Source: Octopus vulgaris
Lineage: Eukaryota
DNA: 64,000 nucleotides
Assembly (NCBI GenBank): GCA_951406725.2
Contig: OX597819.1
Span: 128,030,001 to 128,094,000 of the forward strand
Direction: 5' to 3'
Shown here: piece after piece, positions 24,402 through 39,887 of the stretch
Position numbering within the stretch: position 1 is the first letter of the stretch
Layout of the letters: each line of letters opens with the position of its first letter
Notes under the pieces: model-generated
Databases searched by the model: none
What the model was told of the DNA's origin: nothing
Seen by the model: the letters and a program-made list of their open reading frames with translations, nothing else
Translations under genes and position numbers: made by a program

Positions 24402-25515
24402 TGCGTTCAAATTTCGCCGAGGTCGACTTTGACGTACACATTATTTAATAATTTTTTTAAAACTAAACACTGTCAAACTTCCGATACTGATTGAATGTGT
24501 CACATAGTACACAGTTTACTCTTAACGTTTTTGACAAAGTTTTGTATTTTAGAAGTTATTTTGTTTGAAGTTACAGGGTGACAATAGACAAATTCGTGTT
24601 TGATAAGTGCCAATACACGAAACTCTCAGCTTTTGGCCTACTCTCTAACTTCTGCCGATGATGTATATATACATATTATATATATGTGTAAAAGAATCTC
24701 ATCACGCAATCGAACCAATGAAAGAGTGTCTACCTCGTCGCTCGACAAGCTAAAAATGGCACTCAAAGTATCCCCCTGCCTAAATCACACGCCCATTGTA
24801 TGTAATGGCCTAGATTATCCATAAGAAGAGAAAAAACGGTTTGCTGAAGGTTGGAATGTCTTTGATGATAGGTTTGCAGTATCAGTGTTAATTTGAGGCT
24901 AAATAACAACAGCATTATAGTAAATTTCTATATTAACCCCCGCACGATTTTCACTAAGAAAAAAACCCGCAAAATTTTGATTTTTTGCGTGGAATCAAGT
25001 TCCCTGACCTCCTAATATGCTGCAAATCCCTTATTTTGGTTCGGAACAAATGAGATGGGGGGCTCCCCCCTCCCAATCCCGGAATCATTGGAAGTTTTTT
25101 TTTTCTTTGAATGAATTCCTGTGACTTCCTAATATTGTAAAACTAGGTTACTTAAGGTGAGCCTGGTAACTGATGGTTTTGGGATCTTGTTGGTTGCAAC
25201 TTTTGGTGAGCCATGGTGCAACCAACAACATGGTAAAAATCCCTGCCATTAATTTGGTGTGGATGAGTAATATCAAATAATTCAATCACAACATATATCT
25301 AAATTAAACGTGAAAAAATTGAAATATAATCATCACTTACATGGAAAAATTGAAATATTATCTTTCAGTATTTTATAAGGTAAATCATTGACGTATTATT
25401 AATTATCTTATAACAGCAATGCCTGGAAAAATCATGCGTTCAAATTTCGCTGAGGTCGATTTTGACGTACACATTATTTAATAATTTTTTTTTAACTAAA
25501 CACTTTCAAACTTTC
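24402..25515 (+). repeat. About 80-bp direct repeat pair (about 24402-24480 and 25435-25515)
   Basis: tgcgttcaaatttcgc(c/t)gaggtcga(c/t)tttgacgtacacattatttaataatttttt..aactaaacact occurs twice. Confidence 0.9.
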
Positions 25516-25968
25516 GATTCCACTCCATTAAAGCCAATTTTCAAAGCATTCCTCTATAAAACTAGTGGCACAATAAAAGTTGAGACAACCTGAAATCAAA
25601 TGCATTTCGGTTTGTTAGTTTTTATATGAGTTTTTCTTCTCCGAGAAGGAAGTTCTAACGAGAACTAAAGCTCCTTCACTCCTAGTTCTAATTAACCTAT
25701 GACTGACGACCCTAACGTTTGCTACTCCTCCGAATCAGATTAAACCAAGGAACAATATTAGCTAAAAGGTGGTTCAATACTCCTCATAACTCTGGAACTC
25801 CCGTACCAGAGTCCTACTACCGGTTTTAGTTTAAAGTCATACCAAAGATATACATATATATACATATATGTACATACATGCATACATACATATTCACACA
25901 CGCTCGCGCACATATACATTTGAAGAAAAATAACCCAGTAAACATATTATACATTTTATACCATTTGT

Positions 25969-26031
25969 TTCCTATAAACGTTTCGCAACTGGGTGTTCAT
26001 AGTGCAGATCCACAACGATTCATCAGTGGAA
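25969..26031 (-). ncRNA. Degenerate hammerhead-like motif
   Basis: Minus strand ttcca-CTGATGA-(35 nt)-GAAACGTT-tataggaa; core intact but stems I and II pair poorly. Confidence 0.4.
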
Positions 26032-27467
26032 CACTTCATGACACAATACTAAAAGAGTTCTAGCTTGACTAGTAGTAGTCACACATCTAACTGTGCACAC
26101 AGGAAATACTATATATGAATATTTTCTCTTTGTCTCTGTCTCTCTCTATTTCACACACACACAAACACACACCCATCACACACAAACACACACACGTACT
26201 TACATGCATAAATACTAACATACTGGCTTGACAATCTTTTTGTTTAATCCGCATAATTATTCCATTAATATGTGCATCAGAATGCGAATTGTCTTCGCTT
26301 GTAATTAATTCGGTTTCTTACTTCTGCTGTTATATAGATTCGACTTCATCATAAATCCAGTTTTTTTTTATTACTATGGAAATATGCATGCAGTGTGAAA
26401 TATATTTCTCATATACTTTGGTATGAAGAGTACTATAATGAATTTACTTATTCGAAGTTAAAGATCATATTTTGTACATTTCCAGTTTTTTTTTAATTAA
26501 GAACTCTGTTTAATAATTATCGTGACATCGTAATTCACACGTGAGTCTCTTTGCGTTTTAAGATGCCACAGAATTTACAACATATATAGGGATTCCAGTA
26601 TTTTTGAGCAACAATGCTAGTCCCATACTTTTTAAGATTTATTATGGTATTCTGTAACCCTTTTGAGCGTGCGCGTTTTTCAATTGTAGTATAAACGGTG
26701 GGCTTCTACCAAAACCGCTTAGAATGCTTTGGTCGGCCCGGGACTATAGTATAACGTAGTTTTCCGAAATTTCGTGTACGGGTTGAACCTGAAAAAGCAA
26801 GGTTCGTAATCACACCATCACGCAAGCGCAAATTCCTTTCTTAAATAGATGTTTTGTCAGTTCAAATTTAAACTCCACTTCAGTGATGTTCTCGCGGTGA
26901 ATATTCAACTGTGCAGGTGAGTGGTTTAATGTTTAGCGTGTTGCACTTAGGATCGTAAGCTTGTAGTTTCGATTCCTATACCGAGCGATGCGTTGCGCTC
27001 GTGAACCAAAACTTCATTTCACGCTGCTCAAGTACACTCAACTGGCAAAAATGAGTGTTCCTGCGACGGATCAGCGTCCTGTCCAGGCGGGGAATATATA
27101 CACTGCAGGAGGCAGGAAACTGGCCTTATGAAGCTATAACTTGGTAAGGTAGTTTGATTCATTTTTATACCAGTCTTACAAATATAGAACACATTTACAG
27201 TATAAAGGGAAGTTTAAATTCAATTACAATGGGAACGATTATATGGAGGGATGATTTCAATCTTTGTACTAATAAATTTCTTACTATCTATTTTTGTAAT
27301 GAAGCAGCATAATTAGTGGCATCACTTTCAAACTGTTTATATTGAGGTTCTTGTAGTATAAGCATTCCGATAAGAAATGTTTTAAACTATACAAAAATGA
27401 ATGTAGTATTGCAAGTACAAAATGTTAAGAATAATGGGATAATTATTTGGTATATAGTATAACTGGT

Positions 27468-27801
27468 ACGCCGTCGATTATGACGATGAGGGTTCCAGTT
27501 GATCCGATGAACGGAACAACTTGCTCGTGACATTAACGTGCAAGTGACTCCACAGACTCCACTGCACACTCCACAGACACGTGTACCCTTAACGTAATTC
27601 TCAGATAGCTTCATCGTGACACAGATTGTGACAAGACTGGCCCTTTGAAATACAGGTACTACTCACTTTTGCCGGCTGAGTGGACTGGAAGAGTGTGAAA
27701 TAAAGTGTCTTGCTGAACGAGACAATGTGTTGCCGGGAACTGAACTCACGACCCGACTATAGTGAGTCGAATACCCTTACCACTAAGCCACGCGCCTTCA
27801 C
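27468..27801 (-). mobile_element. SINE with family C 3' half and CORE-like 5' half
   Basis: Colinear with 1020-1290; the head reads gtgaaggcgcgtggcttagtggtaaggg on the minus strand. Confidence 0.8.
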
Positions 27802-28418
27802 GGTATATAGTATATACAATCATTAAGCCTGTTCTCTTTTATGGTAGCACTGTAACAAAACGCAGCACGGTTAAATAAATTGTAGCGCAGAGGAAAAGGG
27901 AGCAGAGACAGCCAGCAACAACATCAGACGGTACCAGGAGCTTCTGCTTCGCAAGTATTATAAATCGTAACTCCGGTGTCAGATCCATGGATGAGGAAAG
28001 ACGTCAGTTCTAAAAGCCGACGATTAGGGGTTTCTCCATCGACAACTAGCAGTACGACTGAAACATCTGACGACGATAAAGTGAGCATCGAGAACGAAAT
28101 AGTGTAGCAAAATCTTAGCAAAAGGAAGAAAAAGAAGGGGAAAAGATTTCTTCCTTCCCCAAACACATATAAATGTATCTAAACAAGAGGCTAGGGCATC
28201 GGATGTACGAAGTCACGAAATTGACAGTGGTTTGTATGTCCAACAATAAACTGTTAAACTCTGTGAACCCTCGACTTGAAGAAAAAAATGATACCCAGCA
28301 GTTAGAGATCACTATTGACTATACGAAACGTATGTCTGTATTTATACTCTCACACACACACTCACACATACATACACACACATACATACATATATACATA
28401 CATACATTACATGCATAC

Positions 28419-28470
<52 letters not shown>

Positions 28471-30034
28471 TTATATATATATACACACATACATATATAT
28501 ACATATATATAATACATATATACGTACATACATTACATGCATACATATATATACATACATATGTGTGTGTTTATATATATATATAAACACACATACATAT
28601 ATATACATATATATGATATATGCATACATTGATACTTATATTGCTCATACACACGCGCGCGCGCACACATATCAATAGATGTCAATTCAATTATTTTGAG
28701 TAATTAAATTATTTGATAAATCTCAAAGTACTGTGTAATGTCTTTGCCTCCTCCATCATTTTTATGTAACACTGTACATCCACATGCTTTCACAAAACCT
28801 TCATGACATTTGAATGTAATTTTGAAAGTATCGTCATCATCATCATCATCATCATCGTCGTCGTCGTCGTTGTTGTCGTTTTGTTTTCATATCTTCGTTT
28901 CTATAAAATTAGGAAAGTAAAATATATATCATTGGAGAGCATACCAGTGTGAGGTGGGTTAACTTTCCGTAAACAATCAGAAAATATATTCTACTGAAGA
29001 GTAAACCCGAGTAATGAAACTTAAGTGTCCTTCCTGTTCAGGAATATGAGAAAATACTTTGCGGTGCAGTGAATAAACTGCGAAAGTTGTGTGTTACCCA
29101 TTCGACGGTCACTGAACGTATTAATTATGTCCTTCGATATTGCATCGATACAAGTTCAATTTAAATGGAATCAAATGAATTTCGGTTTTCGTTTTCTATT
29201 TATTTTATTTTTTTTGGTATTTCGTTTATTGTAATTATCCTTCACAATTGTAATGGTGTTACACGTTACACGTTAGTTGAAAGAAATTTATATTGCATCA
29301 CACAATAACTGAACACGTTATAGCAAAGGCTTCGATGGTGCTTTCTATTTGCATATCATTTTTATTATTATTTTTCAGGTCTGATTTCCACACGAGAACT
29401 TCACCACTTCCCCACTGTTTCTTTTTTTTTCTTTTTTCTCTTGTCTTCGTAATTTGTCCTTGTAATGTCCTCGCCTCCGTTGCCCTTATCATAATAAAAG
29501 AAACCATTAATATTATTATTGTTGTTATTGTTATTACCGTTACTGCTGTATTTGTTATTATTGTTTTCGTTGTTGAATTTCGTACATGTTTTTATGCTTC
29601 TTTTTATTTCATGTAATCGCAATTGGCTAAGCTAAACGACCGTCAATTTATTATATAACGTGGACCAACCAATCTCATTGCAATAAATAACAAAAAAAAT
29701 AATAAAACGAAACAAACAAAAACAACAGCTTTACTGCTACTAAGGCATGTTTTAATATTGATGCAAAAAAGGTCACGGAACAGATATCAAAATACATTAG
29801 TATTTATGTAAGGACGGAGCGAATGTCGATGGAGGTGGGTGGGAGAAGACACGGTGAGTTGTCTAGGAATGATTTGGCAGCGTTTTGGAAATATAATGTT
29901 TGGTGATATGCGTTTCTAGTTTGAATAACATGTTGTTTCAAAGAAGAAAAGATAAATACTTCGGCTCACCTATGAATCTCTCTCTCTCTCTCTTGCTCGC
30001 TCGCTCTCTCTTTAGCTGTCTCATAACACGCAAA

Positions 30035-30084
<50 letters not shown>

Positions 30085-30235
30085 GCGTATGCGTTGACAT
30101 ATATTCATATATACATATGAATTTATATGTATATGTATATATATATACGTATACACAGACACACATACACATACACGTACACACATATACATATATACAT
30201 GCGTATGCGTTGACATATATTATATATACATATGC

Positions 30236-30292
<57 letters not shown>

Positions 30293-30857
30293 TATTTATA
30301 TATGTACACACACACATACATATATACATATATATATATGCATACGTGTGTATATGTATGCGCTCGCGCGCAAACACACAAAAATACGCAAATTAACTAC
30401 ACATATATATTCAACCATTACTATCCGCACCAAATGGTTTCATTTATTTCAATATACACCATTAAAACAAGCAAATAAACACAACGACCTGCTACAACAA
30501 CAATAAATACAACAAATCTGCCAACAAAACCGAGCAAACCTGCAACCAATTGGAACCCATGTTTAAATTACTTTGGGTCTTTTTGGTGGGTTTTTTTTTC
30601 TCGTCTTTTGTACACACCCTGACATATATAGGTCTCATACATGTGTGCCTGTGTGTATATGTATGTGTGTGTATAATTATATTAGGTGTGTGTTCGTGTG
30701 TACGGATGGATGGTTGACTGGTTGGATAAACGGGTAGATGGACCGATGTATGCGTGTGGGTGTTTACGTAAGGGTGCATATATACTTAATGGAAATAATA
30801 TATATTACCTTTTATACCATTCTTTTCAACTTCCTTATTGCTATTATTGTTGTTGCG

Positions 30858-30918
<61 letters not shown>

Positions 30919-31101
30919 GAGTGAAGGATTGGCGGAATCGTTAGAGTGAGAGACAAAAATATCTTGCGCTCTTTCTTCCGCCTCTGGGTTCAAATCACTC
31001 TGTGAACAATTTCAGCTTTCATCTTTCTGGTGTAGATAAACAAAAAAATACCAGTTTAATTGCCTATACACGCTTCCAAAATTTACGACCTTGAGCCATT
31101 A

Positions 31102-31144
<43 letters not shown>

Positions 31145-31782
31145 TAAGAAATGGCTATACATCAATAGTTAAAATCTAGTAAAATATAATTACAATTAAT
31201 TTCATTTTTATAATCATAACCTAAATCCTCATCGTCATCTTCCTCACATCACTTAAATCTAAATACCATTCTTCTATTTTCTCCTCATCATTAATACCTC
31301 TATCACCACCAATACAACTACCATTATAATCGTTGTCGTTGTCATCTTTATTCGCAAGAAATATTACTGTTTACTCTTTACTCTTTACTCTTTAATAACT
31401 ATATTCTACATGTTTTATATCAATGTACCCTGGTTATATGTGTTTTACTCCTTATCTTAATCTCTTCCTTCTCTTATACCATCACCCTCTTTTTTCCTTT
31501 TCATCTTCTTGGTCTCAATCGCCATTTTCTTGTTCATGTTCTTGATTTTGCTATTTTACAACTACTCCTTCAACTACTATTACTACTACTATCAATATTA
31601 CTACTACTACAGTACCTATCACTGCTATTATTCCTACCATATTCTTCAACGTCACCAACTCCTCTCATCGCCCTTCTCATTATTCTCATTTATCTTAGCC
31701 AATTCTATAGAGGTTTTATACCTTCTTTTCCATGATATTTTTACTTTGTCTCTCTTAATTCATTCTCTCTCCCACTCTCAGC

Positions 31783-31862
<80 letters not shown>

Positions 31863-32191
31863 CTTTAGTATTACCTTCTCTTCTATCACTGCACAGTTTT
31901 TCTGTCCCAGTCTCTCGTTCCTTTTTTCTGATATACAGCATCTCATTCGCTGTAGCATGCATTCACTTAAACCATGAAAGTCACACACACGCAACACTCA
32001 TCACACATGTATACCTATGAATGTATGTATATATGCATTTATGTATGTATGTATGTATGTATGTATGTATGTACGTATGTATGTATAAACGTATGTATGT
32101 GTGTGTGTCTATGTATATATCTGTATATGTGTGTGTATGTATATATATATATACATGTATATACAAATATGTATATTTTTATACACACACA

Positions 32192-32248
<57 letters not shown>

Positions 32249-33796
32249 TCCTTTGTTTTCAGTGTTACATTGACACTCTAAAACATGTGTGTCTTTGTGT
32301 TTGTGCAAGCGTATACGTATATATATGTATATATGTATATATGCATGCACTCATACACATATGAGTCGTCGAACTGCTTGCTCCAATCACCCAGCACTAT
32401 CAACACAGAAATTGTTGATGGAGTGAGTTGGTTAAACATTCCATAGCAACAGCGTTCATATAAATTGAGAGACACTGAACGAAAAGAGAAAAGAAGATTG
32501 GAAGGTGATCGAAAATATCGATTACAAATTACATCTCTAATTCATTTCATCTATACATCTATATCCTCTCAATATCTTGCTTTCTGTAGTGTGTTTTTTG
32601 GCGGGAAACAATGGATTTGCTACTGCGGAGCTGTGCCAGTATTTTTGTCGATTTCATGAATTCAGTTGAGAAAAACTTTATAACGTTTTAATATTTTATA
32701 TAAGTGATTTTCTTTTTTATATTTAAGCAAGGACAAACATTTTAAAAAGATCTCCTACACGTACAAATTACATCTTTGTGCCGCCAATATAAGAAAATCT
32801 GTGCAGTTTATCACACATACCCCAGTGTATTTCTGGTATTGTTTATTATATCAATCCGGATGCACTTATGCCAATATGGTTTCATCATGGATAACTACAT
32901 GACGAATTATGCATAAGCGAAGCTAAAACTTAGAAGGGTGTCAGAGCTGACAGTAGACTTAGAGAAGCTCGAAATCATATGAAGCTTCGGAGGAACCCTG
33001 TAGTTTATTTATTTTGAGAAACGTGAAGATCTAAGATATAGGTGATTTAGTTTATGCAGAAGTCCTGTACTTCACTAAGGCCTGTATAGCAAGAACGGTA
33101 GAGCTGTGAGCCATATGTGAGCTGGATCCGGGTTGAGTTGGTATTTTAACAACAACGACAACAACAATATATATAATATATAATATATAATATATAATAT
33201 ATAATATATAATATATATATATGGCGGTGCCCCAGCATGGCTACAGCTCGTGAGCTGAAACTAGATAAAATAAAAAAATATATATATATTTATATATATA
33301 TACGTGAGTGTTGAACGAATAGAATGAGTGCTCAACACCACATTTGTGGATAGAATTTCTGTATTTGAATATTAAGGCTACCATTGGTTTCTTGTTAAAT
33401 ATTTTCTTAATATCTTAACAATTTCTCAAGCCGATCGCATGAAAGAATTGTGTTCGTCTCTATTTTGAATAAAAACACGATATATGTGATATATATGAGG
33501 ATGCCTGGCCTAATGGCTAGGGTGTTATACTCACGATTGCAAGATCCTGGTTTCAATTTCTACACTGGCGGGTTCGTAGTGATATTGAGCAAAACATACT
33601 TCGTCTAAGGTTGCTCTGCGATCACTTCGACACTTCACGAGTGGTACACCGTGCATCTGTTCAGGCAGCGTCGATTTACTGGAGGATGTGATCTAATGCA
33701 CAGCACATACATTTGAACATTACAGACTAATCATTTAAGCAGGTCGTTCGGTAAAAGTTGAACACTCATATGTCGTCTTCGACTGGAGAATCCATC

Positions 33797-33903
<107 letters not shown>

Positions 33904-34099
33904 TGTATGTATGTATGTATGCATGTATGTATATTATGTATATATATATAAAGAAAAGGTTGTAAGACGCAACAAAATTTTAGAAAAGATAAGTAAATGA
34001 GTGGAAATCGAACCGGTGAGTGTGTTAAATAATAAGGCACTAAAAGAGAATGACTCTCCCCAGACACAATATATATATATGCATACATATGTATGTATG

Positions 34100-34157
<58 letters not shown>

Positions 34158-34847
34158 TACATATATACATATACATGCCTATATATATATATATATATAT
34201 AATCAAAATGAGCAACAAGTATATCCGAGGTAGAGTAGTACAATTGTTTCATGCTACTTAATTTTATTAAAACCTGTAAATATTACATCAGTTTTAAAAT
34301 GTCGAGCAATCTTCAGCCGCATATAGAATTTTCCAATCAAACGGACAATGCACATTCTTATCTCTATTTCATTTGCCAACATTATAAAGAGGGTAGATAT
34401 ATAGACAGAGAGGTTGATTTCATTCCCAAGAACATGATAGCAGTATATTCACTCTCTGACTGTAGATTTTATCATGGAGTTCACTTTGTTATTTAGATCT
34501 GTCCGTGGGGAGGTGTATTTTATTTTTGATTGGACGGAGACAAAGAATTTTTTCTATTTATTGATATAGGAAGGGATAGTACATATGTCAAAACCATAAA
34601 CCTATTCCCATTTTTAGGAATTCAGTTTAGATACATTTGAATGTATTATAGCAAAAAGCTAGTAGGTTGAAGTTAGAGGGGTAGGGGAACATAGACTACT
34701 AGTGCTCTAGAGGTTTTAACGTCTTTTACTATTTAACATCCAGATTCTATATTAAGAAATTTAAGTAAATATTCTTTAGATAATTTTCTCAAGGATTTCA
34801 ATAAAAATTAGTATTTTATATAGGGATAGAAAATATAGAAATCCTTT

Positions 34848-34921
<74 letters not shown>

Positions 34922-34926
<5 letters not shown>

Positions 34927-35045
34927 GTAAAAAAATGTACAAACTGGGACAAGAACGTGAAACATTTAGAAGACGACACAAAAAACACGGACGAAGCCCT
35001 CAATCATCAGTCAAGAACCGGATCATCTTCGCAATTTCGGCTGAT
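34922..35045 (-). mobile_element. 5'-truncated copy of the 10.2-kb HHR-like family
   Basis: Minus strand atcagccGAAAttgcgaagatgatccggttcttgaCTGATGAttgagggcttcg; flanked by (TG)n and (TA)n. Confidence 0.85.
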
Positions 35046-35066
35046 ATATATATATATATGTATTTA

Positions 35067-35516
35067 TATTAATATATAATCATAATTAGCTAGTAAATGG
35101 TGATTTTTTAATGAGTTGAATTAAAAGAAAATTTTATACATAATATTTACTAACTGTGAAAAAAAACTTTATTAATTTAGCACATATATCAGGAGTCAAT
35201 AAGATATATTAAAAAGTAATGGAAGGGAGGTAACCAAGATGAACCAAGTAATTTCTCTAGATATATAGAATCATTTGCGATTATTTAATAATTATATATC
35301 TCCATTTCTATTAATATAGAATCATAATTAGCTAGTAAATGGTGATTATTTTAATGAGTCGAATTTAAAGAATATGTTAGACATAATATTTACTAACTGT
35401 GGAGAAAAAAACTTTATTAATTTAGTACATATATCAGGAGTCAATATGATATATTAAAAAGTAATGAAAGGGAGGTAATCAAGATGAACCAAGTAATTTC
35501 TCTAGATATATAGAAT
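35067..35516. repeat. Tandem duplication, period about 245 bp
   Basis: aatcataattagctagtaaatggtgat...caagtaatttctctagatatatagaat is present twice with scattered substitutions. Confidence 0.9.
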
Positions 35517-35768
35517 TTTTTTCCATCCTATATAGGAGAGTATCAAAAGAATTCTAATTTCATTACATTCAGATTTATATATATGATGAGATTTCTTAGT
35601 AATTTATGCAGGCTAAATAAAAGCTAGTATGGTATATTAATTTTTTATTTGGTTACAAAATATTAGGATTTGATTTATATGGATAATACCATACAAAATG
35701 CTGGTGCCTTTGACTTAAGTACCATATTCATCTGAATCTAAATTTTGCTGAACTTAAATATATATATA

Positions 35769-35869
<101 letters not shown>

Positions 35870-36816
35870 TTGTTATTATTTTGTCTTTTTCTTGTTTTCT
35901 CTTTAATATCATCGTATCTATCACTGTATCTCTATATGTAATGTTCTTGCTTAGTTCCTTGTAAGTTTATATCCTAAAACGTATGACAAAAAATTGTTTT
36001 ATTCAGACATAACTATCTATTCCATTTATTCTTCCAATTTGAAGGAACTTCTGTGTGTGATATGATACAGATTTGACTGCTATTTATTGTAGATCGAACA
36101 AATTCGTTGAAGCTCCACTGTATGTTATCGATGCTACTTTTTCTTGGGGCTGGGGCTTTTTAACCAAGGTCATCTATGATCGTGCACATTTAGGATCAAA
36201 GATGTTTCCAGCCCTAAACATTCCATTTTTCTTTCTTCGTCCAGTATTACATTTTCCCCGTGTCCCTTCCGTATGTTTTAAGACTGTAAGTAATGACCTG
36301 AAAGGAGATTTGGTTGCTCTTTCAAGTATGTCAAGTCATTGCGTAGAGAATCTCCCCTCTGTGCATGTGTGAGTGTGTCTGTGGGGGAATGGAGTAGATT
36401 ATTAATTTTACAGCGGTTGCCGTTGATCTTGTTGGCGAAGTTCAAAGTAATGGACTGTTTAAACAGTCCATTACGGTTTCAACACACTCTGTTTCCAAAA
36501 TAAAACAAAACGTAAATGGCGAATAGAGACGAAAGAGCGGGAAGCGAGGTAGAGGAAGATGTGCAAACAAAGAGGTGGGTGGGACAATTGCGAGGATGGA
36601 AACATGTTTCTTTTAGTGGGTTTAAATCATAGGAAGGTGAAACGTTTAGTGGAGAAGTAAGGTGAGCAAACATCTGCAATATAAAAACAAAACTATAACA
36701 AGATACAATCATCAGAAGCATCTACAGCAGCAGTAGCAGCAGCATGAATATCAGTATCATCCTTCTCAGCAGCAGTACAAGTATCATCTGCACCAACAAC
36801 AAACAACGTCCATCTT

Positions 36817-37229
36817 ACTTTTTATTGCCCACAAGGGGATAAACATAGAGGAGACAAACAAGGACAGACAAAGGGATTAAATCGATTACAACGACCCCAG
36901 TGCGTAACTGGTACTTATTTAATTGACCCCGAAATGATGAAAGGCTAAGTCGACATCGGCGGAATTTGAACTCAGAACGTAAAGACGGACGAAATACCTA
37001 TTTCTTTATTACCCACAAGGGGCTAAACATAGAGAGGACAAACAAGGACAGACATAGGTATTAAGTCGATTACATCGACCCCAGTGCGTAACTGGTACTT
37101 ATTTAATTGACCCCGAAAGGATGAAAAGCAAAGTCGACCTCGGCGGAATTTGAACTCAGAACGTAAAGACGGACGAAATACCACTTTGTATTTCGCCTGG
37201 CGTGCTAACGTTTCTGCCAGCTCACCGCC
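36817..37229 (-). mobile_element. SINE family A with duplicated body
   Basis: Two body units of about 185 bp joined by gacgaaatacctatttc. Confidence 0.9.
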
Positions 37230-38298
37230 CGAACAACGTCCAACTGCTTCGGTCATATTGTCTTGCCGAAATGATTTGAAATATCGTTGACAATGCAGAA
37301 GGAGCAAACAAGCAAGTGAGAGATAGAGGGAAAAAAGAGAAATAGGGTGAGATAGAAGAATAGAGTGAACTAGTAAGAGAGAGAGAGAGAGTAGAAAGTA
37401 AGAGAGTGTATTTGTGTGTCAGAGTGAAAGGTGATAGTGAGGAAAACAAAAGAGGAAGAGAGGGGAGGTGGCTAAGAGCTAAAAACAGAAGTGCCAACGT
37501 CTCCTGGGACAAGCTGACAAAGAGCTGGTTGTTTGTCAACAGAAACAAGGGCCATAACCTTTGCTTTGTATGAATGTATGTTTGTGTGCATTTGTATGTG
37601 AGAGTGTACGTGTGTGTGTGAGTGTGTGTGTGTGAGAGAGAGAGAGGGTGTGTGTGTGCCAGCGCTCGTGCTTTGTGTATATAAGAGAGAGTGCATGTGT
37701 TAATATATGTTTATTGAGCACTTACGTTTTTCTGACGTTTATGTGAATTTCTGTTATGTTTATCAAAGATTATGAATGTAAGAACAGTAGCACAGACAAC
37801 ACACAAACTCACACTACACGCCCCATGTACGCATGTCTGAATATACATGTGTGTGTGTGGATGTGTGTGCACATACATATGTATGTGTATGTATATATGT
37901 ACATCTGTAGAGAGGGTGCGAAAGAGCAAAATTGTAACAATTACCCATCATTAATTGTATAGCAAACTTGCTCCCAAATGTTATGGTACACGTTCGAATC
38001 GCAAATAACTACAAAAGATGTGTCAGTTTGATTTTAACCTCTTCCATTTTATGTGTTTGTTATATCATTAGTTCGTGCCTACATTCGAAACAATTACTAC
38101 AACAACAACAACAACAACTACTACTACTACTACTGCTACTACTATTACAGCTTTTTATTATTATTGAAACGTATTTAAGTAGCAATTTTACCAAGGCATT
38201 TATGGGTGTATTTATTCCATCATATAAATCTGGTTTATTCGATGTCAAACAACACTTCACAGATGTTCATAATTTCAAAGCAAAGATAAGAAAGGAGT

Positions 38299-38330
<32 letters not shown>

Positions 38331-38390
38331 AACATAATAATAATAATAATAATCGCAACAACAATAATAGCAATAATAATAGCATCATAG

Positions 38391-38682
38391 CCGTGTGTTA
38401 AAAGGAATTCTTAGAGGTTTGGATAATTCACCTTTAGAAACATGGGTGGTTCGTTCACCATATTTAAACAATCCTTATTCAGGGACCTTTTGAGCGGGAT
38501 GGGCCCCACCTGCAAGGTCATGTGCTGTTTATCTTGATATGAGATCACCATGTCACGCACACATGGTTGTGATGCATGTGCCTGGTGTACCCATGTAAGA
38601 CGGGTAGTCATGATGGGTATACTGGGCTTCGTATATTTGTACCCCAGTGTCACTCTGATGGCATGAACTGCTCTCTCACTCA
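38391..38682 (+). mobile_element. Non-LTR-type element 3' portion ending in (AAT)n
   Basis: Reverse complement of part of 54498-55023; flanked by AAT repeats on both sides. Confidence 0.8.
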
Positions 38683-38715
38683 ATAATAATAATAATAATA
38701 ACAATGATGATGATG

Positions 38716-38777
<62 letters not shown>

Positions 38778-39887
38778 TGTGGAAATAATAACAACAAAAA
38801 CAGAAACAATGAATATTTCCTCATTTAAGCAGAAAATTTTGTATATGACCAGAAAATTTCCAAACGAACGGCTCCAGTATTTGACAAGTTTTATATTCTA
38901 TCGACCATTAAAGGTAATATAGACCTCCGCAGGATTTGAACTCAAAATATAGAAACGGAGGAAATATTACGAACTAGTTTTTGACAGAAACTAGGGCCAA
39001 GAATAGTAATTAATAGTAATTAATAAATAACAACCAGAAACAATAACGAACTAAAATTACAATATTTCGTATAAAATACTTCGAGGCATCTCACATCAGA
39101 ATGGAATTAGGCTAACACATGAGATATAAGAGCTGTCTCCCAGCAATTTATTCAGCAATTTAAATCTAATTCGTACTAAATAAAGCTTACAGAGCATTCC
39201 GTCTTCCCCATCAATCATTTAAAATATACTAAGCGTGCATCGAGGAATTCATTACGTAGATCTGCGACGAAAGTGCAGTACCACGGATGGCGCATGGTGG
39301 CTGTGAGTGGTGAATGTGCTCTCAAGGCACGCTACTAGGGACATACCCAAAACAAGGTTTGGATACTACATATTAAAATTAGAAGAAGAAGAAGAAGAAG
39401 AAGAAGAAGAAGAAGAAGAAGAAAAGAAGAAGAAGAAGAAGAAAAAGAACAACAACAACAACAACAACAACGTTCGCACCAACTTTCGCCTCTCAACATT
39501 AACAAAATGAGGGGATGTTCTTGCTCAAAATTTCACCAATGAAAAATCCTATATCTAAAAAGCTGAAAGCGACAGGAAAATAATACATACGTACTTATGT
39601 GTAAGAATATATGCATGTATGAAGGTAAATCAGCGTCCTTCCAATAATTTAAAGAATCTTTGAAATGAATATAACCACTCAATGTTCAACAAGGAGTTCT
39701 TTGATTGCAGGTTACTATGATCACTTGATTTGAATAACATGTCGCACATATGAGTGTATGTGCATAGGTATATGTGTATATATGTGTGTTTGTTTGTGTG
39801 TGTGTGCATACATTCTCACACAAATATATATATAAAATATATTTATGTATGTATATATATATATTTATACATATATATATATATACA

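Noticed and set aside
24933-24945. TTAACCC piggyBac-like terminus
   Set aside because: No matching opposite TIR identified.
28990-29030. CTGAAGA...GAAACTTAAGT; similar partial motifs at about 7525-7562, 12195-12232 and 34240-34320
   Set aside because: Stems I and II do not pair or core parts are missing; too weak to call individually.
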